From Balanoglossus misakiensis (Eukaryota > Animalia > Hemichordata): DNA of 64,000 nucleotides. Location of the stretch: assembly GCA_040954595.2 (NCBI GenBank), contig CM082592.2, positions 248,001 through 312,000 of the forward strand, given 5' to 3'. A program made the translations under genes and the position numbers. Positions 36,050 through 50,900 of the stretch are shown one piece after another (position 1 is the first letter of the stretch; every line of letters starts with the position of its first letter). The notes under the pieces were generated by a model. It ran no database searches, was not told the origin of the DNA, and worked only from the letters and a program-made list of their open reading frames with translations.

Positions 36050-38990
36050 GTTGATCAAGTCAGATTTCCTACGGCATGGCTTGGCTAAAGCCCTGGCACT
36101 ATAGAGCAGAAACACGCGTACAGAGAACACGTTGATCTACTCACATTTCCTTCGGCCTGGCACGGCTGATGCCCCGGCACTATATATAGGACACAGACTG
36201 GCGTAAGTTAACAACGGTAATCACGTCGGGTTTCCTTCGGCCTGGCTCAGCTGAAGCCCCGGCACTCTAGAGCAGAAACAGGCTTACATTGACCACGTTG
36301 ATCAAGTCAGATTTCCTACGGCGTGACTCGGCTGGTGCACCGGCTCTATATGACACAGACTGGCGTAAGTTATCAACGGTGATTACGTCGGATTTCCTAC
36401 GGTCTGGTTTAGCTGAAGCCCCGGCACTTTAGAGCGGAAACACGCGTACATTGACCACGATGATCAAGTCAGATCTCCTACGGCTTGGCTCGACTAAAAC
36501 CCCGGCACACTATGACAGACACTAGCGTTCGTTAGCAACGTTGATCAAGTCAGATTTCCTACGGCATGGCTTGGCTAAAGCCCTGGCACTCTAGAGCAGA
36601 AACACGCGTACAGAGAACACGTTGATCTACTCACATTTCCTTCGGCCTGGCACGGCTGATGCCCCGGCACTATATATAGGACACAGACTGGCGTAAGTTA
36701 ACAACGGTAATCACGTCGGGTTTCCTACGGCCTGGCTCAGCTGAAGCCCCGGCACTCTAGAGCAGAAACAGGCTTACATTGACCACGTTGATCAAGTCAG
36801 ATTTCCTACGGCGTGACTCGGCTGGTGCACCGGCTCTATATGACACAGACTGGCGTAAGTTATCAACGGTGATTACGTCGGATTTCCTACGGTCTGGTTT
36901 AGCTGAAGCCCCGGCACTTTAGAGCGGAAACACGCGTACATTGACCACGATGATCAAGTCAGATCTCCTACGGCTTGGCTCGACTAAAACCCCGGCACAC
37001 TATGACAGACACTAGCGTTCGTTAGCAACGTTGATCAAGTCAGATTTCCTATGGCATGGCTTGGCTAAAGCCCTGGCACTCTAGAGCAGAAACACGCGTA
37101 CAGAGAACACGTTGATCTACTCACATTTCCTTCGGCCTGGCACGGCTGATGCCCCGGCACTATATATAGGACACAGACTGGCGTAAGTTAACAACGGTAA
37201 TCACGTCAGGTTTCCTACGGCCTGGCTCAGCTGAAGCCCCGGCACTCTAGAGCAGAAACAGGCTTACATTGACCACGTTGATCAAGTCAGATTTCCTACG
37301 GCGTGACTCGGCTGGTGCACCGGCTCAATATGACACAGACTGGCGTAAGTTATCAACGGTGATTACGTCGGATTTCCTACGGTCTGGTTTAGCTGAAGCC
37401 CCGGCACTTTAGAGCGGAAACACGCGTACATTGACCACGATGATCAAGTCAGATCTCCTACGGCTTGGCTCGACTAAAACCCCGGCACACTATGACAGAC
37501 ACTAGCGTTCGTTAGCAACGTTGATCAAGTCAGATTTCCTACGGCATGGCTTGGCTAAAGCCCTGGCACTCTAGAGCAGAAACACGCGTACAGAGAACAC
37601 GTTGATCTACTCACATTTCCTTCGGCCTGGCACGGCTGATGCCCCGGCACTATATATAGGACACAGACTGGCGTAAGTTAACAACGGTAATCACGTCGGG
37701 TTTCCTACGGCCTGGCTCAGCTGAAGCCCCGGCACTCTAGAGCAGAAACAGGCTTACATTGACCACGTTGATCAAGTCAGATTTCCTACGGCGTGGCTCG
37801 GCTGGTGCACCGGCTCTATATGACACAGACTGGCGTAAGTTATCAACGGTGATTACGTCGGATTTCCTACGGTCTGGTTTAGCTGAAGCCCCGGCACTTT
37901 AGAGCGGAAACACGCGTACATTGACCACGATGATCAAGTCAGATCTCCTACGGCTTGGCTCGACTAAAACCCCGGCACACTATGACAGACACTAGCGTTC
38001 GTTAGCAACGTTGATCAAGTCAGATTTCCTACGGCATGGCTTGGCTAAAGCCCTGGCACTCTAGAGCAGAAACACGCGTACAGAGAACACGTTGATCTAC
38101 TCACATTTCCTTCGGCCTGGCACGGCTGATGCCCCGGCACTATATATAGGACACAGACTGGCGTAAGTTAACAACGGTAATCACGTCAGGTTTCCTACGG
38201 CCTGGCTCAGCTGAAGCCCCGGCACTCTAGAGCAGAAACAGGCTTACATTGACCACGTTGATCAAGTCAGATTTCCTACGGCGTGACTCGGCTGGTGCAC
38301 CGGCTCTATATGACACAGACTGGCGTAAGTTATCAACGGTGATTACGTCGGATTTCCTACGGTCTGGTTTAGCTGAAGCCCCGGCATTTTAGAGCGGAAA
38401 CACGCGTACATTGACCACGATGATCAAGTCAGATCTCCTACGGCTTGGCTCGACTAAAACCCCGGCACACTATGACAGACACTAGCGTTCGTTAGCAACG
38501 TTGATCAAGTCAGATTTCCTACGGCATGGCTTGGCTAAAGCCCTGGCACTCTAGAGCAGAAACACGCGTACAGAGAACACGTTGATCTACTCACATTTCC
38601 TTCGGCCTGGCACGGCTGATGCCCCGGCACTATATATAGGACACAGACTGGCGTAAGTTAACAACGGTAATCACGTCAGGTTTCCTACGGCCTGGCTCAG
38701 CTGAAGCCCCGGCACTCTAGAGCAGAAACAGGCTTACATTGACCACGTTGATCAAGTCAGATTTCCTACGGCGTGACTCGGCTGGTGCACCGGCTCTATA
38801 TGACACAGACTGGCGTAAGTTATCAACGGTGATTACGTCGGATTTCCTACGGTCTGGTTTAGCTGAAGCCCCGGCACTTTAGAGCGGAAACACGCGTACA
38901 TTGACCACGATGATCAAGTCAGTTCTCCTACGGCCTGGCTCGACTAAAACCCCGGTACACCATGACAGACACTAGCGTTCGTTAGCAACG
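36050..38990. repeat. 490-bp higher-order repeat (six monomers), about 6 copies
   Basis: gttgatcaagtcagatttccta(c/t)ggcatggcttggctaaagccctgg at 36050, 36540, 37030, 37520, 38010 and 38500. 5x81+85 = 490. Confidence 0.92.
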
Positions 38991-41900
38991 GTGATCAAGT
39001 CGGATTTCCTTCGGCCTGGCTCTGCAAAAGACCCGACACTCTAGTACAAAGACGTTGGCTAAGTCGGGCAAACCGAAGAGGGAAAGTCACAGCGGGTCAA
39101 TACTCGACATTTGTTCGGGTAGGACTGCATTATTGCCTGTCAATTTATAGAGAAAGCCCGAATTTAACCAGGGCGCTTCAAACACCGACGTTAGTTGGGA
39201 GCACGGCCTGCAGTACTGCCGGGTAAGCTGACATCGGCGTACCGCATATAATGTAGGGGGGGGGGGGAACAGAACGGTTCAATACTACATTTATTAGATA
39301 TCAGCTAATTTTGGACAATCATCTAAAATCTAAATCATTTTTTCATATTTGGATATCTGATGATGTATGAAATTTCCATTATATGTAAAAATGGTGCTTA
39401 TTATAAAACAAGCACTCTGAATGAACTGATTTAATACAAGATTGCGTTTTATTCGTTTTTGCACCAAAAAGGTCATTTTTAGGCAAAACATTCTTTATTT
39501 TTTTAATTCGGTGACCTGATCATATATAAACAATTGCTTGTATGTTAAAAGTTTTTATGACTTTTAAAAGCAGTGACACTGGCGGCATTCATCACGAAAA
39601 TAACAATTTTAGCCACAATTTGGTCAAAATGGTAAATTTTTGATAATTACAAAAAATACCTGTTTTCTACATTTTCGGAAATCTGATGGAGTATAGAATG
39701 CTCTTCGTATGTATATAACGATACAAATTCCACAAATGACCGTCTAATTTGGCTCACTGCAGACAAAATTGCGTTTTACCAAATTTTCCTTGAAAATGTC
39801 ATTTTTAGAAGAAAAAAAATAAAAAAAAACCTTTGTTCTTCGAATTAGGTGCCCTGATCATATATGACATGTTGATTGTAAGTTAAGACTTTCGACCACT
39901 CCAAAAATGCAGAGATATTGACAGAATTCAAGAAAAAATAGCCATTTTGGCCATATTTTGTCAAAAATTGTAATTTTTTAAAAAATCATAAAAAAATAAC
40001 TCTTTTCTTCATTTTCGGAAATATTATGGAGCATAAAGTGTCGTTCTCTTGTAAAAAGTGCTGCAAATTCCAGAAAAGGCGGTATAATTTGAATCATCCA
40101 AGACAAAATGACCATTTTCGACTTTTTTTCGAAAAATTGTCTTTTTTACAAAATAAATAAGAATAAATTCTTTTCTTAGTTTCAAACGGGTAGAGATACT
40201 TTCCACACGGGTTTTCTAACATTGAATTCCCGTTCATCAACTCAGATTTCTTACAGCATAAGTCGGCTAAAACCCTGACACTCTAGAGCAGAAACAGTTG
40301 CACACTGGTAACGTTGAACAAGACGATTTTTCTACGGCCTGGCTCGGCTAAATCTCCGTCACAATATAACAGACACTAGCGTAGGTTAGCAACGGTGATC
40401 AAGTCAGATTTTCTTCGGCATGGCTTGGATAAAGCCCCGGCACTCTAGAGCAGAAACACGCGTACAGAGACCACGTTGATGTATGAAATTTCCATTATAT
40501 GTAAAAATGGTGCTTATTATAAAACATGCACTCTGAATGAACTGATTTAATACAAGATTGCGTTTTATTCGTTTTTGCACCAAAAAGGTCATTTTTAGGC
40601 AAAACATTCTTTATTTTTTTAATTCGGTGACCTAATCATATATAAACAATTGCTTGTATGTTAAAAGTTTTTATGACTTTTAAAAGCAGTGACACTGGCG
40701 GCATTCATCACGAAAATAACAATTTTAGCCACAATTTGGTCAAAATGGTAAATTTTTGAAAATTACAAAAAATACCTTTTTTCTAAATTTTCGGAAATCT
40801 GATGGAGTATAGAATGCTCTTCGTATGTATATATCGATACAAATTCCACAAATGACCGTCTAATTTGGCTCACTGCAGACAAAATTGCGTTTTACCAAAT
40901 TTTCCTTGAAAATGTCATTTTTAGAAGAAAAAAAAAAAAAAAAAAACCTTTGTTCTTCGAATTAGGTGCCCTGATCATATATGACATGTTGATTGTAAGT
41001 TAAGACTTTCGACCACTCCAAAAATGCAGAGATATTGACAGAATTCAAGAAAAAATAGCCATTTTGGCGATATTTTGTCAAAAATTGTAATTTTTTAAAA
41101 AATCATAAAAAAATAACTCTTTTCTTCATTTTCGGAAATATTATGGAGCATAAAGTGTCGTTCTCTTGTAAAAAGTGCTGCAAATTCCAGAAAAGGCGGT
41201 ATAATTTGAATCATCCAAGACAAAATTACCATTTTCGACTTTTTTTCGAAAAATTGTCTTTTTTACAAAATAAATAAGAATAAATTCTTTTCTTAGTTTC
41301 AAACGGGTAGAGATACTTTCCACACGGGTTTTCTAACATTGAATTCCCGTTCATCAACTCAGATTTCTTACAGCATAAGTCGGCTAAAACCCTGACACTC
41401 TAGAGCAGAAACAGTTGCACACTGGTAACGTTGAACAAGTCGATTTTTCTACGGCCTGGCTCGGCTAAATCTCCGTCACAATATGACAGACACTAGCGTA
41501 GGTTAGCAACGGTGATCAAGTCAGATTTTCTACGGCATGGCTTGCATAAAGCCCCGGCACTCTAGAGCAGAAACACGCGTACAGAGACCACGTTGATCAA
41601 GTCTGATCTCCTACGGCTTGGCTCGACTAAAACCCCGGCACACTATGACAGACACTAGCGTTCGTTAGCAACGTTGATCAAGTCATATTTCCTACGGCAT
41701 GGCTTGGCTAAAGCCCTGGCACTCTAGAGCAGAAACACGCGTACAGAGAACACGTTGATCTACTCACATTTCCTTCGGCCTGGCACGGCTGATGCCCCGG
41801 CACTATATATAGGACACAGACTGGCGTAAGTTAACAACGGTAATAACATCGGGTTTCCTACGGCCTGGCTCAGCTGAAGCCCCGGCACTCTAGAGCAGAA

Positions 41901-44900
41901 ACAGGCTTACATTGACCACGTTGATCAAGTCAGATTTCCTACGGCGTGACTCGGCTGGTGCACCGGCTCTATATGACACAGACTGGCGTAAGTTATCAAC
42001 GGTGATTACGTCGGATTTCCTACGGTCTGGTTTAGCTGAAGCCCCGGCACTTTAGAGCGGAAACACGCGTACATTGACCACGATGATCAAGTCAGATCTC
42101 CTACGGCTTGGCTCGACTAAAACTCCGGCACACTATGACAGACACTAGCGTTCGTTAGCAACGTTGATCAAGTCAGATTTCCTACGGCATGGCTTGGCTA
42201 AAGCCCTGGCACTCTAGAGCAGAAACACGCGTACAGAGAACACGTTGATCTACTCACATTTCCTTCGGCCTGGCACGGCTGATGCCCCGGCACTATATAT
42301 AGGACACAGACTGGCGTAAGTTAACAACGGTAATCACGTCGGGTTTCCTACGGCCTGGCTCAGCTGAAGCCCCGGCACTCTAGAGCAGAAACAGGCTTAC
42401 ATTGACCACGTTGATCAAGTCAGATTTCCTACGGCGTGACTCGGCTGGTGCACCGGCTCTATATGACACAGACTGGCGTAAGTTATCAACGGTGATTACG
42501 TCGGATTTCCTACGGTCTGGTTTAGCTGAAGCCCCGGCACTTTAGAGCGGAAACACGCGTACATTGACCACGATGATCAAGTCAGATCTCCTACGGCTTG
42601 GCTCGACTAAAACCCCGGCACACTATGACAGACACTAGCGTTCGTTAGCAACGTTGATCAAGTCATATTTCCTACGGCATGGCTTGGCTAAAGCCCTGGC
42701 ACTCTAGAGCAGAAACACGCGTACAGAGAACACGTTGATCTACTCACATTTCCTTCGGCCTGGCACGGCTGATGCCCCGGCACTATATATAGAACACAGA
42801 CTGGCGTAAGTTAACAACGGTAATCACGTCAGGTTTCCTACGGCCTGGCTCAGCTGAAGCCCCGGCACTCTAGAGCAGAAACAGGCTTACATTGACCACG
42901 TTGATCAAGTCAGATTTCCTACGCCGTGACTCGGCTGGTGCACCGGCTCTATATGACACAGACTGGCGTAAGTTATCAACGGTGATTACGTCGGATTTCC
43001 TACGGTCTGGTTTAGCTGAAGCCCCGGCACTTTAGAGCGGAAACACGCGTACATTGACCACGATGATCAAGTCAGTTCTCCTACGGCCTGGCTCGACTAA
43101 AACCCCGGTAAACCATGACAGACACTAGCGTTCGTTAGCAACGGTGATCAAGTCGGATTTCCTTCGGCCTGGCTCTGCAAAAGACCCGACACTCTAGTAC
43201 AAAGACGTTGGCTAAGTCGGGCAAACCGAAGAGGGAAAGTCACAGCGGGTCAACACTCGACATTTGTTCGGGTAGGACTGCATTATTGCCTGTCAATTTA
43301 TAGAGAAAGCCCGAATTTAACCAGGGCGCTTCAAACACCGACGTTAGTTGGGAGCACGGCCTGCAGTACTGCCGGGTAAGCTGACATCGGCGTACCGCAT
43401 ATAATGTAGGGGGGGGGGGGAACAGAACGGTTCAATACTACATTCATTAGATATCAGCTAATTTTTGACAATCATCTAAAATCTAAATCATTTTTTCATA
43501 TTTGGATATCTGATGATGTATGAAATTTCCATTATATGTAAAAATGGTGCTTATTATAAAACATGCACTCTGAATGAACTGATTTAATACAAGATTTCGT
43601 TTTATTCGTTTTTGCACCAAAAAGGTCATTTTTAGGCAAAACATTCTTTATTTTTTTAATTCGGTGACCTGATCATATATAAACAATTGCTTGTATGTTA
43701 AAAGTTTTTATGACTTTTAAAAGCAGTGACACTGGCGGCATTCATCACGAAAATAACAATTTTAGCCACAATTTGGTCAAAATGGTAAATTTTTGAAAAT
43801 TACAAAAAATACCCGTTTTCTAAATTTTCGGAAATCTGATGGAGTATAGAATGCTCTTCGTATGTATATATCGATACAAATTCCACAAATGACCGTCTAA
43901 TTTGGCTCACTGCAGACAAAATTGCGTTTTACCAAATTTTCCTTGAAAATGTCATTTTTAGAAGAAAAAAAAAAAACAAACCTTTGTTCTTCGAATTAGG
44001 TGCCCTGATCATATATGACATGTTGATTGTAAGTTAAGACTTTCGACCACTCCAAAAATGCAGAGATATTGACAGAATTCAAGAAAAAATAGCCATTTTG
44101 GCCATATTTTGTCAAAAATTGTAATTTTTTAAAAAATCATAAAAAAATAACTCTTTTCTTCATTTTCGGAAATATTATGGAGCATAAAGTGTCGTTCTCT
44201 TGTAAAAAGTGCTGCAAATTCCAGAAAAGGCGGTATAATTTGAATCATCCAAGACAAAATTACCATTTTCGACTTTTTTTCGAAAAATTATCTTTTTTAC
44301 AAAATAAATAAGAATAAATTCTTTTCTTAGTTTCAAACGGGTAGAGATACTTTCCACACGGGTTTTCTAACATTGAATTCCCGTTCATCAACTCAGATTT
44401 CTTACAGCATAAGTCGGCTAAAACCCTGACACTCTAGAGCAGAAACAGTTGCACACTGGTAACGTTGAACAAGTCGATTTTTCTACGGCCTGGCTCGGCT
44501 AAATCTCCGTCACAATATGACAGACACTAGCGTAGGTTAGCAACGGTGATCAAGTCAGATTTTCTACGGCATGGCTTGGATAAAGCCCCGGCACTTTAGA
44601 GCGGAAACACGCGTACATTGACCACGATGATCAAGTCAGATCTCCTACGGCTTGGCTCGACTAAAACCCCGGCACACTATGACAGACACTAGCGTTCGTT
44701 AGCAACGTTGATCAAGTCAGATTTCCTACGGCATGGCTTGGCTAAAGCCCTGGCACTCTAGAGCAGAAACACGCGTACAGAGAACACGTTGATCTACTCA
44801 CATTTCCTTCGGCCTGGCACGGCTGATGCCCCGGCACTATATATAGGACACAGACTGGCGTAAGTTAACAACGGTAATCACGTCAGGTTTCCTACGGCCT

Positions 44901-47900
44901 GGCTCAGCTGAAGCCCCGGCACTCTAGAGCAGAAACAGGCTTACATTGACCACGTTGATCAAGTCAGATTTCCTACGGCGTGACTCGGCTGGTGCACCGG
45001 CTCTATATGACACAGACTGGCGTAAGTTATCAACGGTGATTACGTCGGATTTCCTACGGTCTGGTTTAGCTGAAGCCCCGGCATTTTAGAGCGGAAACAC
45101 GCGTACATTGACCACGATGATCAAGTCAGATCTCCTACGGCTTGGCTCGACTAAAACCCCGGCACACTATGACAGACACTAGCGTTCGTTAGCAACGTTG
45201 ATCAAGTCAGATTTCCTACGGCATGGCTTGGCTAAAGCCCTGGCACTCTAGAGCAGAAACACGCGTACAGAGAACACGTTGATCTACTCACATTTCCTTC
45301 GGCCTGGCACGGCTGATGCCCCGGCACTATATATAGGACACAGACTGGCGTAAGTTAACAACGGTAATCACGTCAGGTTTCCTACGGCCTGGCTCAGCTG
45401 AAGCCCCGGCACTCTAGAGCAGAAACAGGCTTACATTGACCACGTTGATCAAGTCAGATTTCCTACGGCGTGACTCGGCTGGTGCACCGGCTCTATATGA
45501 CACAGACTGGCGTAAGTTATCAACGGTGATTACGTCGGATTTCCTACGGTCTGGTTTAGCTGAAGCCCCGGCACTTTAGAGCGGAAACACGCGTACATTG
45601 ACCACGATGATCAAGTCAGTTCTCCTACGGCCTGGCTCGACTAAAACCCCGGTACACCATGACAGACACTAGCGTTCGTTAGCAACGGTGATCAAGTCGG
45701 ATTTCCTTCGGCCTGGCTCTGCAAAAGACCCGACACTCTAGTACAAAGACGTTGGCTAAGTCGGGCAAACCGAAGAGGGAAAGTCACAGCGGGTCAATAC
45801 TCGACATTTGTTCGGGTAGGACTGCATTATTGCCTGTCAATTTATAGAGAAAGCCCGAATTTAACCAGGGCGCTTCAAACACCGACGTTAGTTGGGAGCA
45901 CGGCCTGCAGTACTGCCGGGTAAGCTGACATCGGCGTACCGCATATAATGTAGGGGGGGGGGGGAACAGAACGGTTCAATACTACATTTATTAGATATCA
46001 GCTAATTTTGGACAATCATCTAAAATCTAAATCATTTTTTCATATTTGGATATCTGATGATGTATGAAATTTCCATTATATGTAAAAATGGTGCTTATTA
46101 TAAAACAAGCACTCTGAATGAACTGATTTAATACAAGATTGCGTTTTATTCGTTTTTGCACCAAAAAGGTCATTTTTAGGCAAAACATTCTTTATTTTTT
46201 TAATTCGGTGACCTGATCATATATAAACAATTGCTTGTATGTTAAAAGTTTTTATGACTTTTAAAAGCAGTGACACTGGCGGCATTCATCACGAAAATAA
46301 CAATTTTAGCCACAATTTGGTCAAAATGGTAATTTTTTGAAAATTACAAAAAATACCTGTTTTCTACATTTTCGGAAATCTGATGGAGTATAGAATGCTC
46401 TTCGTATGTATATAACGATACAAATTCCACAAATGACCGTCTAATTTGGCTCACTGCAGACTAAATTGCGTTTTACCAAATTTTCCTTGAAAATGTCATT
46501 TTTAGAAGAAAAAAAATAAAAAAAAACCTTTGTTCTTCGAATTAGGTGCCCTGATCATATATGACATGTTGATTGTAAGTTAAGACTTTCGACCACTCCA
46601 AAAATGCAGAGATATTGACAGAATTCAAGAAAAAATAGCCATTTTGGCCATATTTTGTCAAAAATTGTAATTTTTTAAAAAATCATAAAAAAATAACTCT
46701 TTTCTTCATTTTCGGAAATATTATGGAGCATAAAGTGTCGTTCTCTTGTAAAAAGTGCTGCAAATTCCAGAAAAGGCGGTATAATTTGAATCATCCAAGA
46801 CAAAATGACCATTTTCGACTTTTTTTCGAAAAATTGTCTTTTTTACAAAATAAATAAGAATAAATTCTTTTCTTAGTTTCAAACGGGTAGAGATACTTTC
46901 CACACGGGTTTTCTAACATTGAATTCCCGTTCATCAACTCAGATTTCTTACAGCATAAGTCGGCTAAAACCCTGACACTCTAGAGCAGAAACAGTTGCAC
47001 ACTGGTAACGTTGAACAAGACGATTTTTCTACGGCCTGGCTCGGCTAAATCTCCGTCACAATATAACAGACACTAGCGTAGGTTAGCAACGGTGATCAAG
47101 TCAGATTTTCTTCGGCATGGCTTGGATAAAGCCCCGGCACTCTAGAGCAGAAACACGCGTACAGAGACCACGTTGATGTATGAAATTTCCATTATATGTA
47201 AAAATGGTGCTTATTATAAAACATGCACTCTGAATGAACTGATTTAATACAAGATTGCGTTTTATTCGTTTTTGCACCAAAAAGGTCATTTTTAGGCAAA
47301 ACATTCTTTATTTTTTTAATTCGGTGACCTAATCATATATAAACAATTGCTTGTATGTTAAAAGTTTTTATGACTTTTAAAAGCAGTGACACTGGCGGCA
47401 TTCATCACGAAAATAACAATTTTAGCCACAATTTGGTCAAAATGGTAAATTTTTGAAAATTACAAAAAATACCTTTTTTCTAAATTTTCGGAAATCTGAT
47501 GGAGTATAGAATGCTCTTCGTATGTATATATCGATACAAATTCCACAAATGACCGTCTAATTTGGCTCACTGCAGACAAAATTGCGTTTTACCAAATTTT
47601 CCTTGAAAATGTCATTTTTAGAAGAAAAAAAATAAAAAAAAAACCTTTGTTCTTCGAATTAGGTGCCCTGATCATATATGACATGTTGATTGTAAGTTAA
47701 GACTTTCGACCACTCCAAAAATGCAGAGATATTGACAGAATTCAAGAAAAAATAGCCATTTTGGCGATATTTTGTCAAAAATTGTAATTTTTTAAAAAAT
47801 CATAAAAAAATAACTCTTTTCTTCATTTTCGGAAATATTATGGAGCATAAAGTGTCGTTCTCTTGTAAAAAGTGCTGCAAATTCCAGAAAAGGCGGTATA

Positions 47901-50900
47901 ATTTGAATCATCCAAGACAAAATTACCATTTTCGACTTTTTTTCGAAAAATTGTCTTTTTTACAAAATAAATAAGAATAAATTCTTTTCTTAGTTTCAAA
48001 CGGGTAGAGATACTTTCCACACGGGTTTTCTAACATTGAATTACCGTTCATCAACTCAGATTTCTTACAGCATAAGTCGGCTAAAACCCTGACACTCTAG
48101 AGCAGAAACAGTTGCACACTGGTAACGTTGAACAAGACGATTTTTCTACGGCCTGGCTCGGCTAAATCTCCGTCACAATATGACAGACACTAGCGTAGGT
48201 TAGCAACGGTGATCAAGTCAGATTTTCTACGGCATGGCTTGGATAAAGCCCCGGCACTCTAGAGCAGAAACACGCGTACAGAGACCACGTTGATGTATGA
48301 AATTTCCATTATATGTAAAAATGGTGCTTATTATAAAACATGCACTCTGAATGAACTGATTTAATACAAGATTGCGTTTTATTCGTTTTTGCACCAAAAA
48401 GGTCATTTTTAGGCAAAACATTCTTTATTTTTTTAATTCGGTGACCTGATCATATATAAACAATTGCTTGTATGTTAAAAGTTTTTATGACTTTTAAAAG
48501 CAGTGACACTGGCGGCATTCATCACGAAAATAACAATTTTAGCCACAATTTGGTCAAAATGGTAAATTTTTGAAAATTACAAAAAATACCTTTTTTCTAA
48601 ATTTTCGGAAATCTGATGGAGTATAGAATGCTCTTCGTATGTATATATCGATACAAATTCCACAAATGACCGTCTAATTTGGCTCACTGCAGACAAAATT
48701 GCGTTTTACCAAATTTTCCTTGAAAATGTCATTTTTAGAAGAAAAAAAAAAAAAAAAAAACCTTTGTTCTTCGAATTAGGTGCCCTGATCATATATGACA
48801 TGTTGATTGTAAGTTAAGACTTTCGACCACTCCAAAAATGCAGAGATATTGACAGAATTCAAGAAAAAATTTTGGCCATATTTTGTCAAAAATTGTAATT
48901 TTTTAAAAAATCATAAAAAAATAACTCTTTTCTTCATTTTCGGAAATATTATGTAGCATAAAGTGTCGTTCTCTTGTAAAAAGTGCTGCAAATTCCAGAA
49001 AAGGCGGTATAATTTGAATCATCCAAGACAAAATTACCATTTTCGACTTTTTTTCGAAAAATTGTCTTTTTTACAAAATAAATAAGAATAAATTCTTTTC
49101 TTAGTTTCAAACGGGTAGAGATACTTTACACACGGGTTTTCTAACATTGAATTCGCGTTCATCAACTCAGATTTCCTACAGCATAAGTCGGCTAAAACCC
49201 TGACACTCTAGAGCAGAAACAGTTGCACACTGGTAACGTTGAACAAGTCGATTTTTCTACGGCCTGGCTCGGCTAAATCTCCGTCACAATATGACAGACA
49301 CTAGCGTAGGTTAGCAACGGTGATCAAGTCAGATTTTCTACGGCATGGCTTGGATAAAGCCCCGGCACTCTAGAGCAGAAACACGCGTACAGAGACCACG
49401 TTGATCAAGTCTGATCTCCTACGGCTTGGCTCGACTAAAACCCCGGCACACTATGACAGACACTAGCGTTCGTTAGCAACGTTGATCAAGTCATATTTCC
49501 TACGGCATGGCTTGGCTAAAGCCCTGGCACTCTAGAGCAGAAACACGCGTACAGAGAACACGTTGATCTACTCACATTTCCTTCGGCCTGGCACGGCTGA
49601 TGCCCCGGCACTATATATAGGACACAGACTGGCGTAAGTTAACAACGGTAATAACATCGGGTTTCCTACGGCCTGGCTCAGCTGAAGCCCCGGCACTCTA
49701 GAGCAGAAACAGGCTTACATTGACCACGTTGATCAAGTCAGATTTCCTACGGCGTGACTCGGCTGGTGCACCGGCTCTATATGACACAGACTGGCGTAAG
49801 TTATCAACGGTGATTACGTCGGATTTCCTACGGTCTGGTTTAGCTGAAGCCCCGGCACTTTAGAGCGGAAACACGCGTACATTGACCACGATGATCAAGT
49901 CAGATCTCCTACGGCTTGGCTCGACTAAAACTCCGGCACACTATGACAGACACTAGCGTTCGTTAGCAACGTTGATCAAGTCAGATTTCCTACGGCATGG
50001 CTTGGCTAAAGCCCTGGCACTCTAGAGCAGAAACACGCGTACAGAGAACACGTTGATCTACTCACATTTCCTTCGGCCTGGCACGGCTGATGCCCCGGCA
50101 CTATATATAGGACACAGACTGGCGTAAGTTAACAACGGTAATCACGTCGGGTTTCCTACGGCCTGGCTGAGCTGAAGCCCCGGCACTCTAGAGCAGAAAC
50201 AGGCTTACATTGACCACGTTGATCAAGTCAGATTTCCTACGGCGTGACTCGGCTGGTGCACCGGCTCTATATGACACAGACTGGCGTAAGTTATCAACGG
50301 GGATTACGTCGGATTTCCTACGGTCTGGTTTAGCTGAAGCCCCGGCACTTTAGAGCGGAAACACGCGTACATTGACCACGATGATCAAGTCAGATCTCCT
50401 ACGGCTTGGCTCGACTAAAACCCCGGCACACTATGACAGACACTAGCGTTCGTTAGCAACGTTGATCAAGTCAGATTTCCTACGGCATGGCTTGGCTAAA
50501 GCCCTGGCACTCTAGAGCAGAAACACGCGTACAGAGAACACGTTGATCTACTCACATTTCCTTCGGCCTGGCACGGCTGATGCCCCGGCACTATATATAG
50601 AACACAGACTGGCGTAAGTTAACAACGGTAATCACGTCAGGTTTCCTACGGCCTGGCTCAGCTGAAGCCCCGGCACTCTAGAGCAGAAACAGGCTTACAT
50701 TGACCACGTTGATCAAGTCAGATTTCCTACGCCGTGACTCGGCTGGTGCACCGGCTCTATATGACACAGACTGGCGTAAGTTATCAACGGTGATTACGTC
50801 GGATTTCCTACGGTCTGGTTTAGCTGAAGCCCCGGCACTTTAGAGCGGAAACACGCGTACATTGACCACGATGATCAAGTCAGTTCTCCTACGGCCTGGC

